In this document: positions 11,927 to 25,340 of the stretch, piece after piece
How the letters are laid out: each line of letters opens with the position of its first letter
How positions within the stretch are numbered: position 1 is the stretch's first letter
Source of the DNA: Squalus acanthias
Taxonomy: Eukaryota
Assembly (NCBI GenBank): GCA_030390025.1
Contig: CM059432.1
Coordinates: forward strand, 119,414,001-119,478,000
Direction of reading: 5' to 3'
Length of the DNA: 64,000 bases
Program-made: the position numbers and the translations under genes
The notes under the pieces: generated by a model
Database searches by the model: none
What the model saw: only the letters and a program-made list of their open reading frames with translations
Told to the model about the DNA's origin: nothing

Positions 11927-13008
11927 TCACACTAACCCTTATCCTAGTGCAATCATACCAACTAACAACACACAAGGGTAGGCACTTGGGTGTTTTAGCC
12001 AATGTAAAGTTTCTGTTAATGTGCTGTCAAACATTGAAATCTTTATTTTCAACACTTTGAGTTCTTGGACAGATTTGTGTACACCTTAGGAAGTGGCTTA
12101 GTGAGTTGCAGTGATTGGTGAGACATAACAGTAATCCCCCCCCCCCCCGCCCCCACAATGCTGATGAATGCGAAAGGAATGGCTTGGGCATTGTAGGGAT
12201 GCTTCATGTTGTTGGTGAGGGGTGGTGCCAACCTGGCATGTCATGTGGCAGCCAGGGTGTACAGTGTCAAGTGAAGTAAATGTGGCCATGGTGAGGCCAT
12301 CCCTGGCAGCAATGTGGTTGGGTGCTAATGCTCTCTGTCCTGTACAGCATCAGTTGATTGCGGAGAGGGTTAGTGTTGTTCTTGGTGCTGCTGGTGCGCC
12401 TGGTGATGCTGGTGTTGGGGGTGATCGTGGTGGCATTCTGACAACCAAGGTGAGAGAGTTTCAAGGGCACCCATGCTGATGGAATAGATGGCAGGTGAAG
12501 TAGAGATGACAGAAGCAATCTGTCAATGGTGGGAGGGTTAAAGAGGTCAGACTGGATGGAGAGTTGTGTAAAGACTTGCAACATTCTGAATCTGTAGTGG
12601 AAATGCAGTTTAGAGAAGCTAGTGGTTAAGGGAACATATCTCAATCAGCTGGCAGCTTTGACTTGACATTTGAAGCTGTCAACTCATCAGCTGATTCAAT
12701 GGCCACTGACCTCCCACCTCAGCTTCACGGACGAGGTCAAGGCACAGCGGGAAAATGGTGGGTGAGCTGTCAAATCCAAAAAGCTGGGAAAAAAACATTG
12801 ATAAGTGACTGTAAACAAGCCACTAATGATTGTAATTGCTTCCCCCGCCGCTGCCTCTCGGGTCTGCTCAGCGCTGACAGACCCAACATTGGGAAAGTCC
12901 AGTGTGCATGTTTTGACATCGGGTTCCTGACCCGCTGTCAATCATTTTAAATTTAACAGCTGACCCACCACCCATCCTGTCCACTGAGCGCCGGCAAAAT
13001 TCCGGCCC
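11927..13008 (-). mobile_element. Harbinger family 2 partial copy, inverted relative to 3041-6345
   Basis: Reverse-complement homology to 3041-3245 and ~4900-5660; terminus GGCAAAATTCCGGCCC. Confidence 0.75.
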
Positions 13009-14260
13009 ATGTCTCCTTAATGGCTATTAGATCAAACCTATTAATTTCTATTAGCGCCATTAATTCATCTATTTTGTTGCGAATGCTTCGCACATTCAAA
13101 TAGAGTGCCTTTAGCTTTGACATTTTTCTATTTTTCCCTGATGTCACCTTAGTCTCTGATGCCCTGTTACCTTTGTTACTCTCTCTGTCCCTTCCTGACC
13201 CACACTGCTTATTTTTACCCAAAACTCTGCTCTGCTCTAGAGCCATGACATTTCTCTTGCTGCTTTTAAGTTTACTCTTTCCTGAATCCTCCCAACCCCC
13301 TTCATTAGTTTAAAGCCCTATCTACTGCCCTAGTTATTCGATTTGCCAGGACACTAGTCCCAGTCTGATTTAAATGGAGCCTGTCCCAAGGGAAAAGCTC
13401 CCTCTTTCCCCAGGACTGGTGCCAGTGGCCCATGAATCGAAACCCCTGCCTTCCACACCACTCTTTCAGCCAAGCATTTAACCTTCTAGACTTCTTATCA
13501 CTATATCAATTGGTGATTGGATCAGGTAACAATCCAGAGATTATTACCTTTGAGGTTCTGCTTTTTAATTTGGACCCCAACTCGTCAAACTCTCTCAGCA
13601 GAACCTCATTCCAAGTTATTCCTATGTCATTGGTTCCTACATGAACCACGACAACAGGATCCTCCCCTTCCCACTCCAAGTTCTTCTTTAGCCGTGAGAA
13701 TATATCTTTAACCCTGGCACCGGGCAGGCAACACAACCTTCGGAACTCTTGGTTGCGGCTGCAGAGAACAGTATCTATCCCCCTGACTATAATGTCCCCT
13801 ACCACAACTACATTCCCTTTCACTCCCCCCAATTGAATGGCCTCCTGCACCATGGTGCCATGGTCAACTTACTCATCCATCCTGCAGGCTTTTCCCTCAT
13901 CCACACAGGCAGCCAGAACCTCATACCTGTTGGATAATGGCAAAGGCTGAGGCTCCTCCAGCACTGCACCTGGGGTCCCCTTACCTGCCTGAGTTGCACT
14001 CACATGCTCCTGTCCCTGACCACTAACCAGACCACTACCTAACCTAAGGGGTGTGACTGCCTCCTGGATCAAAGTCTCCAGGTAACTCTCCCCCTCCCGA
14101 TGACTCGCAATGTCTGCACCTCAGACTCCAGCTTAACAATTCTGAGCTGAAGTTCCTCAAGATGCAGGCACTTACTGCAAATGTGGTTGTCCGGGATCAC
14201 AATCCTCTCCACAAACTCCCACATGCTTGCAGTTCTGGCACACCACCTGCACTGCCATCC
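13009..14260 (-). mobile_element. CR1 5' portion: ORF1 (zinc finger/leucine zipper plus SGNH esterase) and start of ORF2 endonuclease
   Basis: MAVQVVCQNC...HICSKCLHLEELQLRI; VVVGDIIVRG, CCLPGARVKD, VVHVGTNDI; LKALYLNVRSIRNKIDEL...IAIKETW. Confidence 0.9.
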
Positions 14261-14524
14261 CTATATGACCTTGTTTTATTTAATTAAATTTGTATTTAAG
14301 TAACTTAGTTTACAGTTTTGATCTTGACTACTGATTTAATCTAGATTAAGTTATGGGTAAATGAAATTAAATATCTCCCTGTAACACCAAGCACTACAAG
14401 TAGTGGAGGCAGAAAGCATCAACTCCTTCCCCCTCTTCTCCGAATTCCCACTCTCTCCAAATTCCCAAATAAAACACTCTGTTTAAGTGCACTCCATTTA
14501 ATCCCACTCTGTGCAGACCACTGT

Positions 14525-15507
14525 TCCCTTTAATATCTTGAAAATTTTGATCAAATCACCCCTTAACCTTCTAAATTCTAGGGAATACAACCCTAATTTG
14601 TGTAATCACTCCTCGTAATTTAACCCTTGGAGTCTGGGTATCATTCTGGTAAACCTACGCTGCACTCCCTCCAAGGCCAATATATCCTTCCAAAGGTGTG
14701 GTGCCTGGAACTGCTCACAGTACTCCAGGTGTGGTCTAACCAGGGCTTTGTATAGCTGCAGCATAACTTCTACTCCCTTGTGTTCTAGTCCTCTAAATAT
14801 AAAGGCCAGCATTTCATTAACCTTTTTGATTATTTTCTGTATCTGTTCATGACATTTACCTGAACCCTCAAGTCTCTTTGGACCTCCACCTTTTTTTTAG
14901 CTTTTCACCATTTAGAAAGTACCCTGTTCTATCCTTTTTAGGTCCAAAGTGGATGACCTCTCATTTGCCTACATTGAAATCCATTTGCCACAGTTTTGCC
15001 CATTCCCTTAATCTATCAATATCCCTTTGTAATTTTATGCTTTCATCTACATTGCCTATAATGCTGCCTATCTTTGTGTCATCGGCAAATTTGGATATGT
15101 GGCTTTCTATGACATCATCTAAGTCATTAACAAATACTGTGAATAGTTGCGGCCCCAACACAGATCCCTGTGGGACACCACTAGTCACCTCCTGCCAATT
15201 TGAGTACCTACCTATTATCCCTACTGCCTGTCTCCTGCCGCTCAGCCACTTTCTTAACCAGGTCAATAATTTGCTTTCAATTCCATGGGCTTCAACATTA
15301 GTTAACAGTCTCTTATGTGAGACTTTATCAAATACCTTCCGGAAGTCCATATAAATAACATCCATAGACATTCCCCTGGCCACTACTTTAGTCACCTCTT
15401 CAAAAAATCCAATCAGGTTCGTCAGGCATGACCTACCTTTTACAAATCCATGCTGGTTCTCTCTGATCAGCTGAAAATTTTCAAAGTGTTCAGTCATCCT
15501 ATCCTTA
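14525..15507 (-). mobile_element. CR1 ORF2 RT fragment
   Basis: QHGFVKGRSCLTNL, GVPQGSVLGP, KFADDTK, LVRPHLEYC. Confidence 0.93.
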
Positions 15508-16587
15508 ACTGTAGATAGAATAAGATTGGTAGAACGTGATATCGGACATTTCTTCCACTTTTGCTGCAGTTCAGTCTTGCTCTCATGCTGAAATTCACTG
15601 AGGAAAGTTGGCTCATAAAAAAAGAATTTGCTTGAAAAGGACTGTTAATGCCCCCATTAAAGAAAATCATGCAGTTTGTGGGATAGGGGGAGAAGGAATT
15701 GAACAATAAAGCCCAAAATTTCAGAATCCGTTATGGTAGCAAGGTACCACATGTACCACCAGTGTGAGTCTGGAAACTTTGGAAGATCTGCCTGCGATCT
15801 GCCATCCACTGGGATATAACTTTTTAAGCAACACACCCACGGTTTTCTGATATGTGCAGGCGACAGGAGAGGTACCTAGCTGTGGGTGTGGACTCGGAAA
15901 GCCTGCACTATATTCAAACCTGCGAGTCTAATGTATGAAAGAAAGGCAAGATTTCAAGCTTTTACCAGAGCACCGATAGAAGCAAAGCCATTGTAGATTT
16001 GGTTGGTTTGGAAGTGGGTTCAATAGAGTTGCATCCCCCTTATTGTTAACCCAACTCGAAGCGGCTGCTACAAGTTTGTAATTATCCACCTAGTTCACGG
16101 GCACACTAATGCTTTTGTATCTGCTGCTCCTGTGTAGTCGACCGAGCAAGGGGAATCTCTGCAAAATGACAACGTCCTATTTGAATGTTCATGCATTGAA
16201 AATATATACAATTGTTACTTCCTCAAAAGTACTGAATTAGAATGGAGCTTGTTCATCTTCAGTCATCTCTATGTCGACTACTTCAGTCCAAATTTTCATG
16301 CTTAGCATTTGAAAGCCTATAACTTAGAAAATGACTGTGAGCAGGTTGTCAAGTCACAGTGACCCCTCAGGGGTTTTCTTTCATTATAGTTGTCATCTGC
16401 CCTATGCACTCGGTCATTGCTACCCTCAATTGTTACGCACAAGGATGCTTAAGCATAAGGGAGCTCTCAGGAGTCAGTCTTTTTGACATGTAATGCTCCA
16501 ATTGAAACCACCACCTGGATTTTTCTCATTGTTACCAGCAGATTTTGGGCAGTACTGGGGTGGAAGATCTGCCAGGGATCCATTCAA

Positions 16588-17882
16588 CATAGAAACATAG
16601 AAACATAGAAAATAGGTACAGGAGTAGACCATTCGGTCCTTCGAGCCTGCACCGCCATTCAATGCGTTCATGGCTGAACATGCTACCTCAGTACCCCATT
16701 CCTGCTTTCTCGCCATACCCCTTGATCCCCCTCGTTGTGAGTGTTATATCTAACTCCCTTTTGAATATATTTAGCGAACTGGCCTCAACAACCTTCTGTG
16801 GAAGAGAATTCCATAGATTCACCACTCTCTGGGTGAAGAAGTTCCTCCTCAGCTCAGTCTTAAATGGCTTCCCCTTAATCCTTAGACTGTGACCCCTGGT
16901 TCTAGTTTTCCCTAACATTGGGAACATTCTGCCCGCATCTAATTTGTCTAAACCAGTCAGGATTTTAAATGTCTCTATAAGATCCCCCCTCATTCTTCTG
17001 AACTCCAGAGGATACAAGTTCAGTTGACCCAATCTTTCTTGATATGTCAGTCCGGCCATCCCAGGAATCAATCTAGTGAACCTTCGCTGCACTCCCTCAA
17101 TAGCAAGAATGTCCTTCCTTAAGTTAGGAGACCAAAACTGCGCACAATACTCCAGGTGTGGCCTCACCAAGGCCCTGTACAACTGCAGCATCACCTCCCT
17201 ACTCCTGTACTCAAATCCCCTTACTATGAAGGCCATCATTCCGTTTGCTTTCTTGACTGCCTGCTGCACTTGCATTCCCACCTTCAGTGACTGATGTACC
17301 ATGACGCCCAGGTCTCGTTGCACCTCCCCTTTCCCTAATCTGCCACCATTCAGGTAATAGTCCGCCTCTCTATTTTTACCACCAAAGTGGATAACCTCAC
17401 ATTTATCCACATTGTACTTCATCTGCCATACATTTGCCCATTCACCCAACCTGTCCAAGTCACTCTGTAGCCTCCTAGCATCCTCCTCATTGTTCACACT
17501 GCCTCCCAATTTAGTGTCATCCGCAAATTTGGAGATATTACATTTAATCCCTTCGTCCAAATCATTAATATATAATGTAAACAGCTGGGGTCCCAGCACC
17601 GAACCCTGCGGTACCCCGCTGGTCACTGCCTGCCATTCTGAAAAGTACCCATTTACTCCTACTCTTTGTTTCCTGTGTGCCAACCAGTTCTCAATCCACG
17701 TCAACACATTACCCCCAATCCCATGTGCTTTAACTTTACTCACCAATCTCTTGTGTGGGACCTTGTCGAAGGCCTTCTGAAAGTCCAAATACACCACATC
17801 TACTGGTTCCCCCCTGTCCACCCTATTGGAAACATCCTCAAAAAATTCCAGAAGATTTGTCAAGCATGATTTCCCTTTCACA
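16588..17882 (-). mobile_element. 5'-truncated CR1 with open 397-codon ORF2 C-terminus and (TTTCTATG)n tail
   Basis: ORF 16688-17881 uninterrupted; CATAGAAA repeats at 16588-16611. Confidence 0.96.
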
Positions 17883-17894
17883 ACACAAATCCAT

Positions 17895-18433
17895 TTTGTC
17901 GGACCCCTTTGATCATCGCCACTTCGGGATTTTCCATTGGAAGTACTGGTGGATGTTGAATGTCCCCACCAAAATATGGGTGAGCATATTCAAAGTGGGT
18001 GGTAATGATAAAGTGCCGTTTTCCATCATTACCACCATGGCAACATTCGGCATTAGCAACGCCATCATGCTACTGACATTCAGCGTCGCTATGGGTCTAC
18101 AAAGGATCCTTTAAGTTTTAAATCCTTCCCTCAAGGAGTAGATCGATCACGGGGTATTTGATTGACTCACTCCACCCACAAATTTGACATTTTACCTTCA
18201 GAAGACCTCGCTCTTTGTACTCCCCTGCCTAAGGCCTGCAGAAGCCATTTTTCACCCCTGCTCGTAATGGGTCCTAGTGCAGACGACAACGCTGCCAAGA
18301 TCGTGCCTGAACAAAGCTAATGAGGATGAACCAGGGTAACTCACTGGGGTCAGCGGTGGGTGAATCGGGTGATTAGAAAGCCCACCCCAGTACAATGTCG
18401 GCAACAAAGGCAGAGCTGAGGAAAATCTGGACC
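17895..18433. mobile_element. TIR-element remnant
   Basis: Right end GGAAAATCTGGACC resembles other GG..ATTTT-type termini; left end not found. Confidence 0.35.
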
Positions 18434-19739
18434 CTGTATCACCATTTACCTGCTAGATACACCTCAGCAAGAACCAGCAGCAGACCAGCCACTGCAGACA
18501 GGGAGACAGGTGGACAATTGTCTCATTGGCTACATCCTCCGGGCATTCTAACTTTCTATTGAACATATTTACATTCAGGGAACTGCTAGTTGCTTTATCT
18601 GCTTACTTGTGCCTAAGAACGGAACCTATTCAGTTTGGTTTATATTTAAAACTTACTGCTCTCTTTTCTGCACCATAAGGGAATGACAGACTCTGAGCTA
18701 TATTCAAAGTGGCATAATTTTATTTCGTTAATGAGTGCACGTGGTCTTTGAATGTATGTGTGGTGTGATTCATGAATGTGTTTTTCCAAAATGTATTTAA
18801 TTAGCTCCTGCAATGTGTGCACCTCCACGTTCTAAGTGCTCCTCTTGCTAAGGAACAGCAGTAGTGATTGACTGCTGAGCCAACTGGCAAACTGCCCGTG
18901 ATAGAGAAGGCTCACTACCTACATCTGGGACTGACTTTAATGTATCTGCAACAGTGCCAGGATTGCCCTATGATGCAGCTGCTGGGAGTTTATTGCTCTC
19001 TGAGCTGGTGCTAAACGTGGTGGCCCAGAACTAGTGCTGACATTTCTCTCACTCAAGCCTTTCTGTGCTTCTCCACACTTGCCATTGTGAGAGGTCATTT
19101 ATCCACTAGGCCAATCATTTGCCTGAGCATAGAAGCTGTTTATAAGCCAAGTGACTTGAAGCAGACCTGAATTGCTTCTTGGATCTGCTGTGGAAATATC
19201 TGTGAGACACATCTGCTGTGTCTGTGGGCTGTGTAACTAATGTTGATACTACAGTTGTCACTATTGCTGCTCCCTGCTCAAAGATAGACAACGGTACAGT
19301 TCAAAGATTATCAGGAGATTCGCTATGTTGCTGCATCAACTGGTACAAGTCGAGATCCTGGTACTCTGAAAGTGATATGCGTAGATGTCATTGGTAGGGT
19401 GTGTTCAGCCAGGCCTGGGTACTACTTACTGCATGAGCTTTCCTGTACTGTCATAGCAACCACAGGGCAAATGTCATAATACTCCTTTTCCAAACACCCC
19501 CAACTTCCTTGTGACAGTTTTACACAATTAAATCTGAGTCGGTACAGGCTAAAGTATGCCTTCTGCCGGCACAATCGGCAATAACTTAAACTTATCAGCT
19601 TGAAGAATGTGCCGACAGTGCAAAGAAAAGGCTGCAGCATTTGCAGTTCCTTGTCTGCATTTTACTCACCCTTCATGCCCTCTGGTTTCTGAATTTGAAT
19701 TGACACACTCGGTAATCCATGTTCAGACAACCTAGACCT

Positions 19740-20297
19740 ATTAATGCCAACGTGCCGGTCGTCGCCATTTTTAAAGGAGCCTACAGCTGAGCAAAGTGAC
19801 CATCTGTTTCAGGCAGTAGATCCTTTTAATATACAAACCAGGGCCCTATGACGTACATAAGATTGCCATTTTGAGTGACAACTGGTCGGAGCATGCACCG
19901 TGCACTCTCCGAACAGTTTTACGGGTGGTACAGCCAAAGAGGTCCCAAAAAGGTAAGTCTTAAATTATACTTGCGAGGCCAGGAGTAAGAGGCATCCTTG
20001 CCTGGACCCCACAAAAGTAATCTCAGTGGCTGCCACCCCAGGCTCTCACCCCCATGATGGCCAACACCCTTTCCAGGATTTAACTTGTTGCCAGACAGGT
20101 GGCTTCTGGGCCCCCCCGATATTGCACTGGCCTTAATCCAGCGAGCTGCATCGGGACGCTCATTTGATTCGAGCAGTTCACTGGTTCTATTTTAATGAGG
20201 CCCAGGCCTCAAAATGGCTCCGGCCTATTTGCTCCTGGCATGAGCAGGCGGTCGGTGCGCTCTATCGGTTGGCTGTTCGCAGGTTAAAATCTACCCC
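19740..20297. mobile_element. TIR-element remnant (GC/CpG-rich)
   Basis: Right end GTTAAAATCTACCCC; composition like the other non-autonomous elements. Confidence 0.4.
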
Positions 20298-20869
20298 GGT
20301 ATACCCTGTGACTCGTCATGAACAAAACCATGGGAGATCTGCTAGTAATATAATAAAACATCACACCTTTCATTTCTGGGACACCTTCACATTTCATATT
20401 CAGAAATCAGCAACAAATTACAATTTAACAAGCAGTCGTCATAGCAATCAAGTAGAAAACAAGAATAGAAATCACTAACCATGAAATTTAAAAATGGGCA
20501 GTCAGCAACAGCTATCAAAGGTAAACCAACCAAATTGCTCAAAATATTTTTTTGACAATCCTTTTGGTTCACCATCCTTGTTTTCTCAGTAACTGAACTA
20601 TGTACTGCTGAAAATATGTTTTCTGATATAATAAAAAATGTAGATATTTTGCAAAGGATTAAACATACCTATGGAATTGTCTTTGAGTGTGTTTATTAAT
20701 GTTTTCCATCAGTGCCGTGTTCGTGTTTGAGAAGCCTGCTGCTATATCTGGGGCTCTCTGCTGTGTAATAAGCCCATTTTCTGGGATTTGTACCTCATTT
20801 TTTCAGTGCTCGTCAATCTCCAGTGGCATTGTACACAGTGTCAAGACCAAGTACAGTCTTCAGGTCAAG

Positions 20870-21115
20870 TGGGGTGAGAGGGGTGTGGGGGTAGGTGGAG
20901 GGGTGTGGGGGGAGGGGAGGAGAAGAGGGAAGGAGGAGAGAGGGAAGAGTGTGGAAAGAAAGGGCAGTGGAAGGGGAGAAAGGAACAAGATGTGGGGGAA
21001 GGGGAGATGGGGAGTGGGAGGGAGGTAGAGGAGAAGGAATGGGGAATAAAGAGGGGGAAGGAGAGGAGGAGGGGAGGAGGAAGAAAAGAAAGGGAGAAGA
21101 AGAGGAAAAAATGAA
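20870..21115 (+). repeat. G/A-rich polypurine low-complexity tract
   Basis: Almost purely G/A with many G3-G5 runs. Confidence 0.9.
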
Positions 21116-22322
21116 TGAGACATTCTAACAGCAGGGAAACTTCAGCAGCCAAGGGGAGGCTGGAGAGGACACACATAGAAACAACAGTGAAAGAACAGAC
21201 AGTTTTAAAAACCTGTTTTGAAGTTTCCCTGCTGATAGTACATAAGAAAGGACTTAGCTCGACTGCATAATTTATTCACAAAAGACTAGAGATTAATGTG
21301 CACTTGCATATAAAAATATATACACTCCCTTGTGTTTGACACTTTATGAGGATTCAGACTTTCCAAGAGCAAGTATTTAATGGCTGTCTTCTTTGTTTTG
21401 AAACACCTTGGGTTGGAACCATCAGTATGGGTGAGATAGGGCACTAGGTTGGACACACAAGGGGAACTTGGTTGCAGGTGGAGGCTTTGGTCCAGGGACC
21501 TAACTCACTATTGGCCATGAAAGATAATTGCATGGAGCAATGGGGCTATTTAGCAGGGACAATAACAAAGATCTATTCTACATTCAGCAGAGGTTCTGGG
21601 CTAATTGCCAAGTTAGGTATTGACACAGTGAGCTGCAGGCTAAGGAGGGAAACTGGAAGCCCAGTGAGCAGGGGAAAAGGCAACAGGAGAGCAAGCTCTG
21701 CAACAGTCATGGGAAGTCAGGAAATTGCCTACTGGCGAACATTATGGCAAAATAAAAACATAAAAATTCCAAATTTTCAGGTGCCAAAAAGAATTAAAAT
21801 ATGAAGAAGACTCAAAACTCCACCTTGTTGATTTTTACCACGTTATCTGCTGCAGAGAACTTTGAGGAGGCAGGATTGCTATGGAGCCACCTGATACCTG
21901 GAGCATAGAACTGCAGGCAGACTCAAACCCAACATTTTAATAGGGAATTATACAGCGTGACAAAGAGGTGACGCTCTAAATGAAAAAACCCTTTAGAGAG
22001 CCACTTAAAGACATCACAGACAATTACAAATGCAATAGAGCATTGGGCACAATTTACAATGAAAAGTCCAGAATAACTGTTGACAAGTGATAGGACATTC
22101 CATTTTAAGAATATATTTATTAATCTCCTGAGGTGTTGCAACATGATAAATTGGTAAATATGGCCACTCTCTGACCTGTCTCTGATGTCTTTGTGTTGCT
22201 GATTCTCTATCTCTCCTTTTCTGTTTCTGTCTCTCTCTTTCAGTTCTCTGCTGCTTCTCTCTCCTTAACTTTTTTTGATTTTCATTCAGTGCTCTTCTGC
22301 TTCTCTCTCTCTGTCTTTGTCT

Positions 22323-24622
22323 TAGAACATAGAACATAGAACAGTACAGCACAGTACAGGCCCTTCAGCCCTCGATGTTGTGCCGAGCATTGTCCGAAAC
22401 CAAGATCAAGCTATCCCACTCCCTATCATTCTGGTGTGCTCCATGTGCTTATCCAATAACCGCTTGAAAGTTCCTAAAGTGTCCGACTCCACTATCACAG
22501 CAGGCAGTCCATTCCACACCCGAACCACTCTCTGAGTAAAGAATCTACCTCGGACATCCCTTCTATATCTCCCCCCATGCACCTTATAGTTATGCCCCCT
22601 TGTAACAGCTACATCCACCCGAGGAAATAGTCTCTGAACATCCACTCTATCTATCCCCCTCATCATCTTATAAACCTCTATTAAGTCGCCTCTCATCCTC
22701 CTCTGCTCTAAAGAGAAAAGCCCTAGCTCCCTCAATCTTTCCTCATAAGACCTCCCCCGCAAACCAGGCAGCATCCTGGTAAATCTCCTTTGCACTCTTT
22801 CCAATGCTTCCATGTCCTTCCTATAGTGAGGTGACCAGAACGGCACACAATATTCCAAATGTGGTCTCACCAAGGTCCTGTACAGTTGCAGCATAACCTC
22901 ACGGTTCTTAAACTCAAACCCCTTGTTAATAAACGCTAACACACTATAGGCCTTCTTTACTGCTCTATCCACTTGAGTGGCAACCTTCAGAGATCTGTGG
23001 ATATGAACCCCCAGATCCCTCTGTTCCTCCACGTTCCTCAGAACCCTGCCGTTGGCCCTGTAATCCTTATTCAAATTTGCCCTACCAAAATGAATCACCT
23101 CACACTTATCAGGGTTAAATTCCATCTGCCATTTTTCGGCCCAGCTCTGCATCCTATCAATGTCTCTTTGCAGCCTACAACAGCCCTCCACCTCATCCAC
23201 TAGTCCACCAATCTTGGTGTCATCAGCAAATTTACTGATCCACCCTTCAGTCCCCTCCTCCAAGTCATTGATAAAAATCACAAACAGCAGAGGACCCAGA
23301 ACCGACCCCTGTGACACACCGCTGGTAACTGGTCTCCAGTCCGAAAATTTTCCATCCACCACCACCCTCTGCCTTCTATGAGATAGCCAGTTACTTATCC
23401 AATCGGCCAAATTTCCCTCTATCCCACAACTCCTTACTTTCTTCATGAGCCGACCATGGGGAACCTTATCAAACGCCTTACTAAAATCCATGTATACGAC
23501 ATCAACTGCTCTACCTTCATCTACACACTTAGTTACCTCCTCAAAGAATTCAATCAAATTTGTTAGGCAAGACTTACCCTTCACGAATCTGTGTTGACTA
23601 TCCCGGATTAAGTTGCATCTTTCCAAATGGTCATAAATCCTATCCCTCAGGACCTTTTCCATTATCTTACCAACCACCGAAGTAAGACTAACCGGCCTAT
23701 AATTACCAGGGTCATTCCTATTTCCTTTCTTGAAGAGAGGAACAACATTCGCCACTCTCCAGTCCTCTGGCACCATCCCCGTGGACAGTGAGGACCCAAA
23801 GATCAAAGCCAAAGGCTCTGCAATCTCCTCCCTTGCCTCCCAAAGAATCCTAGGATATATCCCATCTGGCCCAGGGGACTTATCGACCCTCAGGTTCTTC
23901 AAAATTGCTAAAACATCTTCCCTGAGAACATCTACCTCCTCCAGCCTATCCACCTTTATCACACTCTCATCCTCAAAAACATGGCCCCTCTCCTCGGTGA
24001 ACACTGACGAAAAGTATTCATTCATCACCTCTCCTATCTCTTCTGACTCCATGCACAAGTTCCCACTACTGTCCTTGACCGGCCCTACCCTCACCCTGAT
24101 CATTCTTTTATTTCTCACATAAGAGTAAAAAGCCTTGGGGTTTTCCTTGATCCGACCCGCCAAGGACTTCTCATGCCCCCTCCTAGCTCTCCTAAGCTCT
24201 TTTTTTAGCTCATTCCTTGCTACGTTGTACCCCTCAATCGACCCAACTGAACCTTGTTTTCTCATCCTTACATACGCTTCCTTTTTCCTCTTGACTAGAC
24301 TTTCAACCTCTTTTGTGAACCATGGTTCTCTCACTTGGCCATTTCCTCCCTGCCTGACAGGGACATACCTATCAAGGACACGCAGTAATTGCTCCATGAA
24401 AAAGCTCCACTTTTCATTTGTGCCTTTCCCTGATAGTTTCTGTTCCCATCTTATGCTCCCTAATTCTTGCCTAATCGCATCATAATTACCCCTCCCCCAA
24501 TTATAAACCCTGCCCTGCCGTATGGCCCTATCCCTCTCCATTGCAATAGTGAAAGTCACCGAATTGTGGTCACTATCTCCAAAGTGCTCTCCCACATACA
24601 AATCAAACACTTGGCCCGGTTC
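22323..24622 (-). mobile_element. 5'-truncated young CR1, open 734-codon ORF2 (end of endonuclease plus RT)
   Basis: ORF 22406-24610: GDSDHN, KSPGPDGI, NYRPVSL, DFSKAFDKV, KFADD; tail (TTCTATG)n at 22323-22341. Confidence 0.97.
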
Positions 24623-25340
24623 TTCTTTACTTTCCTTTCAGGTGGAAGGTGCTGAGTGGTATGGTATGGTGTGGTGTGGTGGGGAAAGAAGCAATCAGCT
24701 GCTGAATTTGTGACGATGGTTACAAGAAAGTGTGGTTCTCAGTGGCTCCCTTCCCATCTGCTCTCCCAATAGCTCATATTTTGCTCTCCCCAATGTTCAC
24801 ATCCCAATCCTTTCCCTTTCTCATTACCTATTCCTTTTCCTACCACCCGCTCGTTCCCATCAGTCACCTACCTCTTCCTCTTTGAACAACCACTCAACCC
24901 TATTATACTGGCCTTCTCCTTGTTCCACTGTCACTCACCTCACCTTTAACCCTCTATTCACTCTCTTCCACTTCTACTTGCTCTCCCCAAAACGATGAGC
25001 GCTGAGAGGCCAGAGACCCCATACCACCCCAAAAGTCAGACCATTTCCCTCTTTTCCTTCCCCTCTTACCCTCCCACCTTATCTATTTCCCTCAGAGGCT
25101 TTGTTTGCTTTCAAAATTCAACTTATTTTCAAAAGGAATCAAATTAGAATGAGGAAAAAAAACATGACTCTATCTTTCTCTCTATTTGCGTCGCTCACCC
25201 TGTCTCCCTCTCTCTCTCCCTCTGTCTCCCAGGTTTTTGAAATTAGAATCTGTCTCCCAGGTGTATGTTATTAGATTTGGTCTTTTTCTAACTATCAACA
25301 AAGCTCAAGTGAAGATCATTAGTTCGCTTCAAAATTCAAT

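Noticed and set aside
16585..17885. CAACA target-site duplication of the CR1
   Set aside because: It overlaps the tail repeat and the 5' boundary is ambiguous, so it is not asserted.
19422..19640. Cys-rich 72-aa ORF as a zinc-finger exon
   Set aside because: No recognisable Cys/His spacing or supported splice context; may be decayed repeat.
20687..21176. Gly/Glu/Arg- or Pro/Ser/Leu-rich ORFs
   Set aside because: Artefacts of the polypurine tract.
14878..24485. Plus-strand ORFs such as 14878-15354, 17412-17780, 23730-24122
   Set aside because: Antisense shadows of CR1 ORF2.
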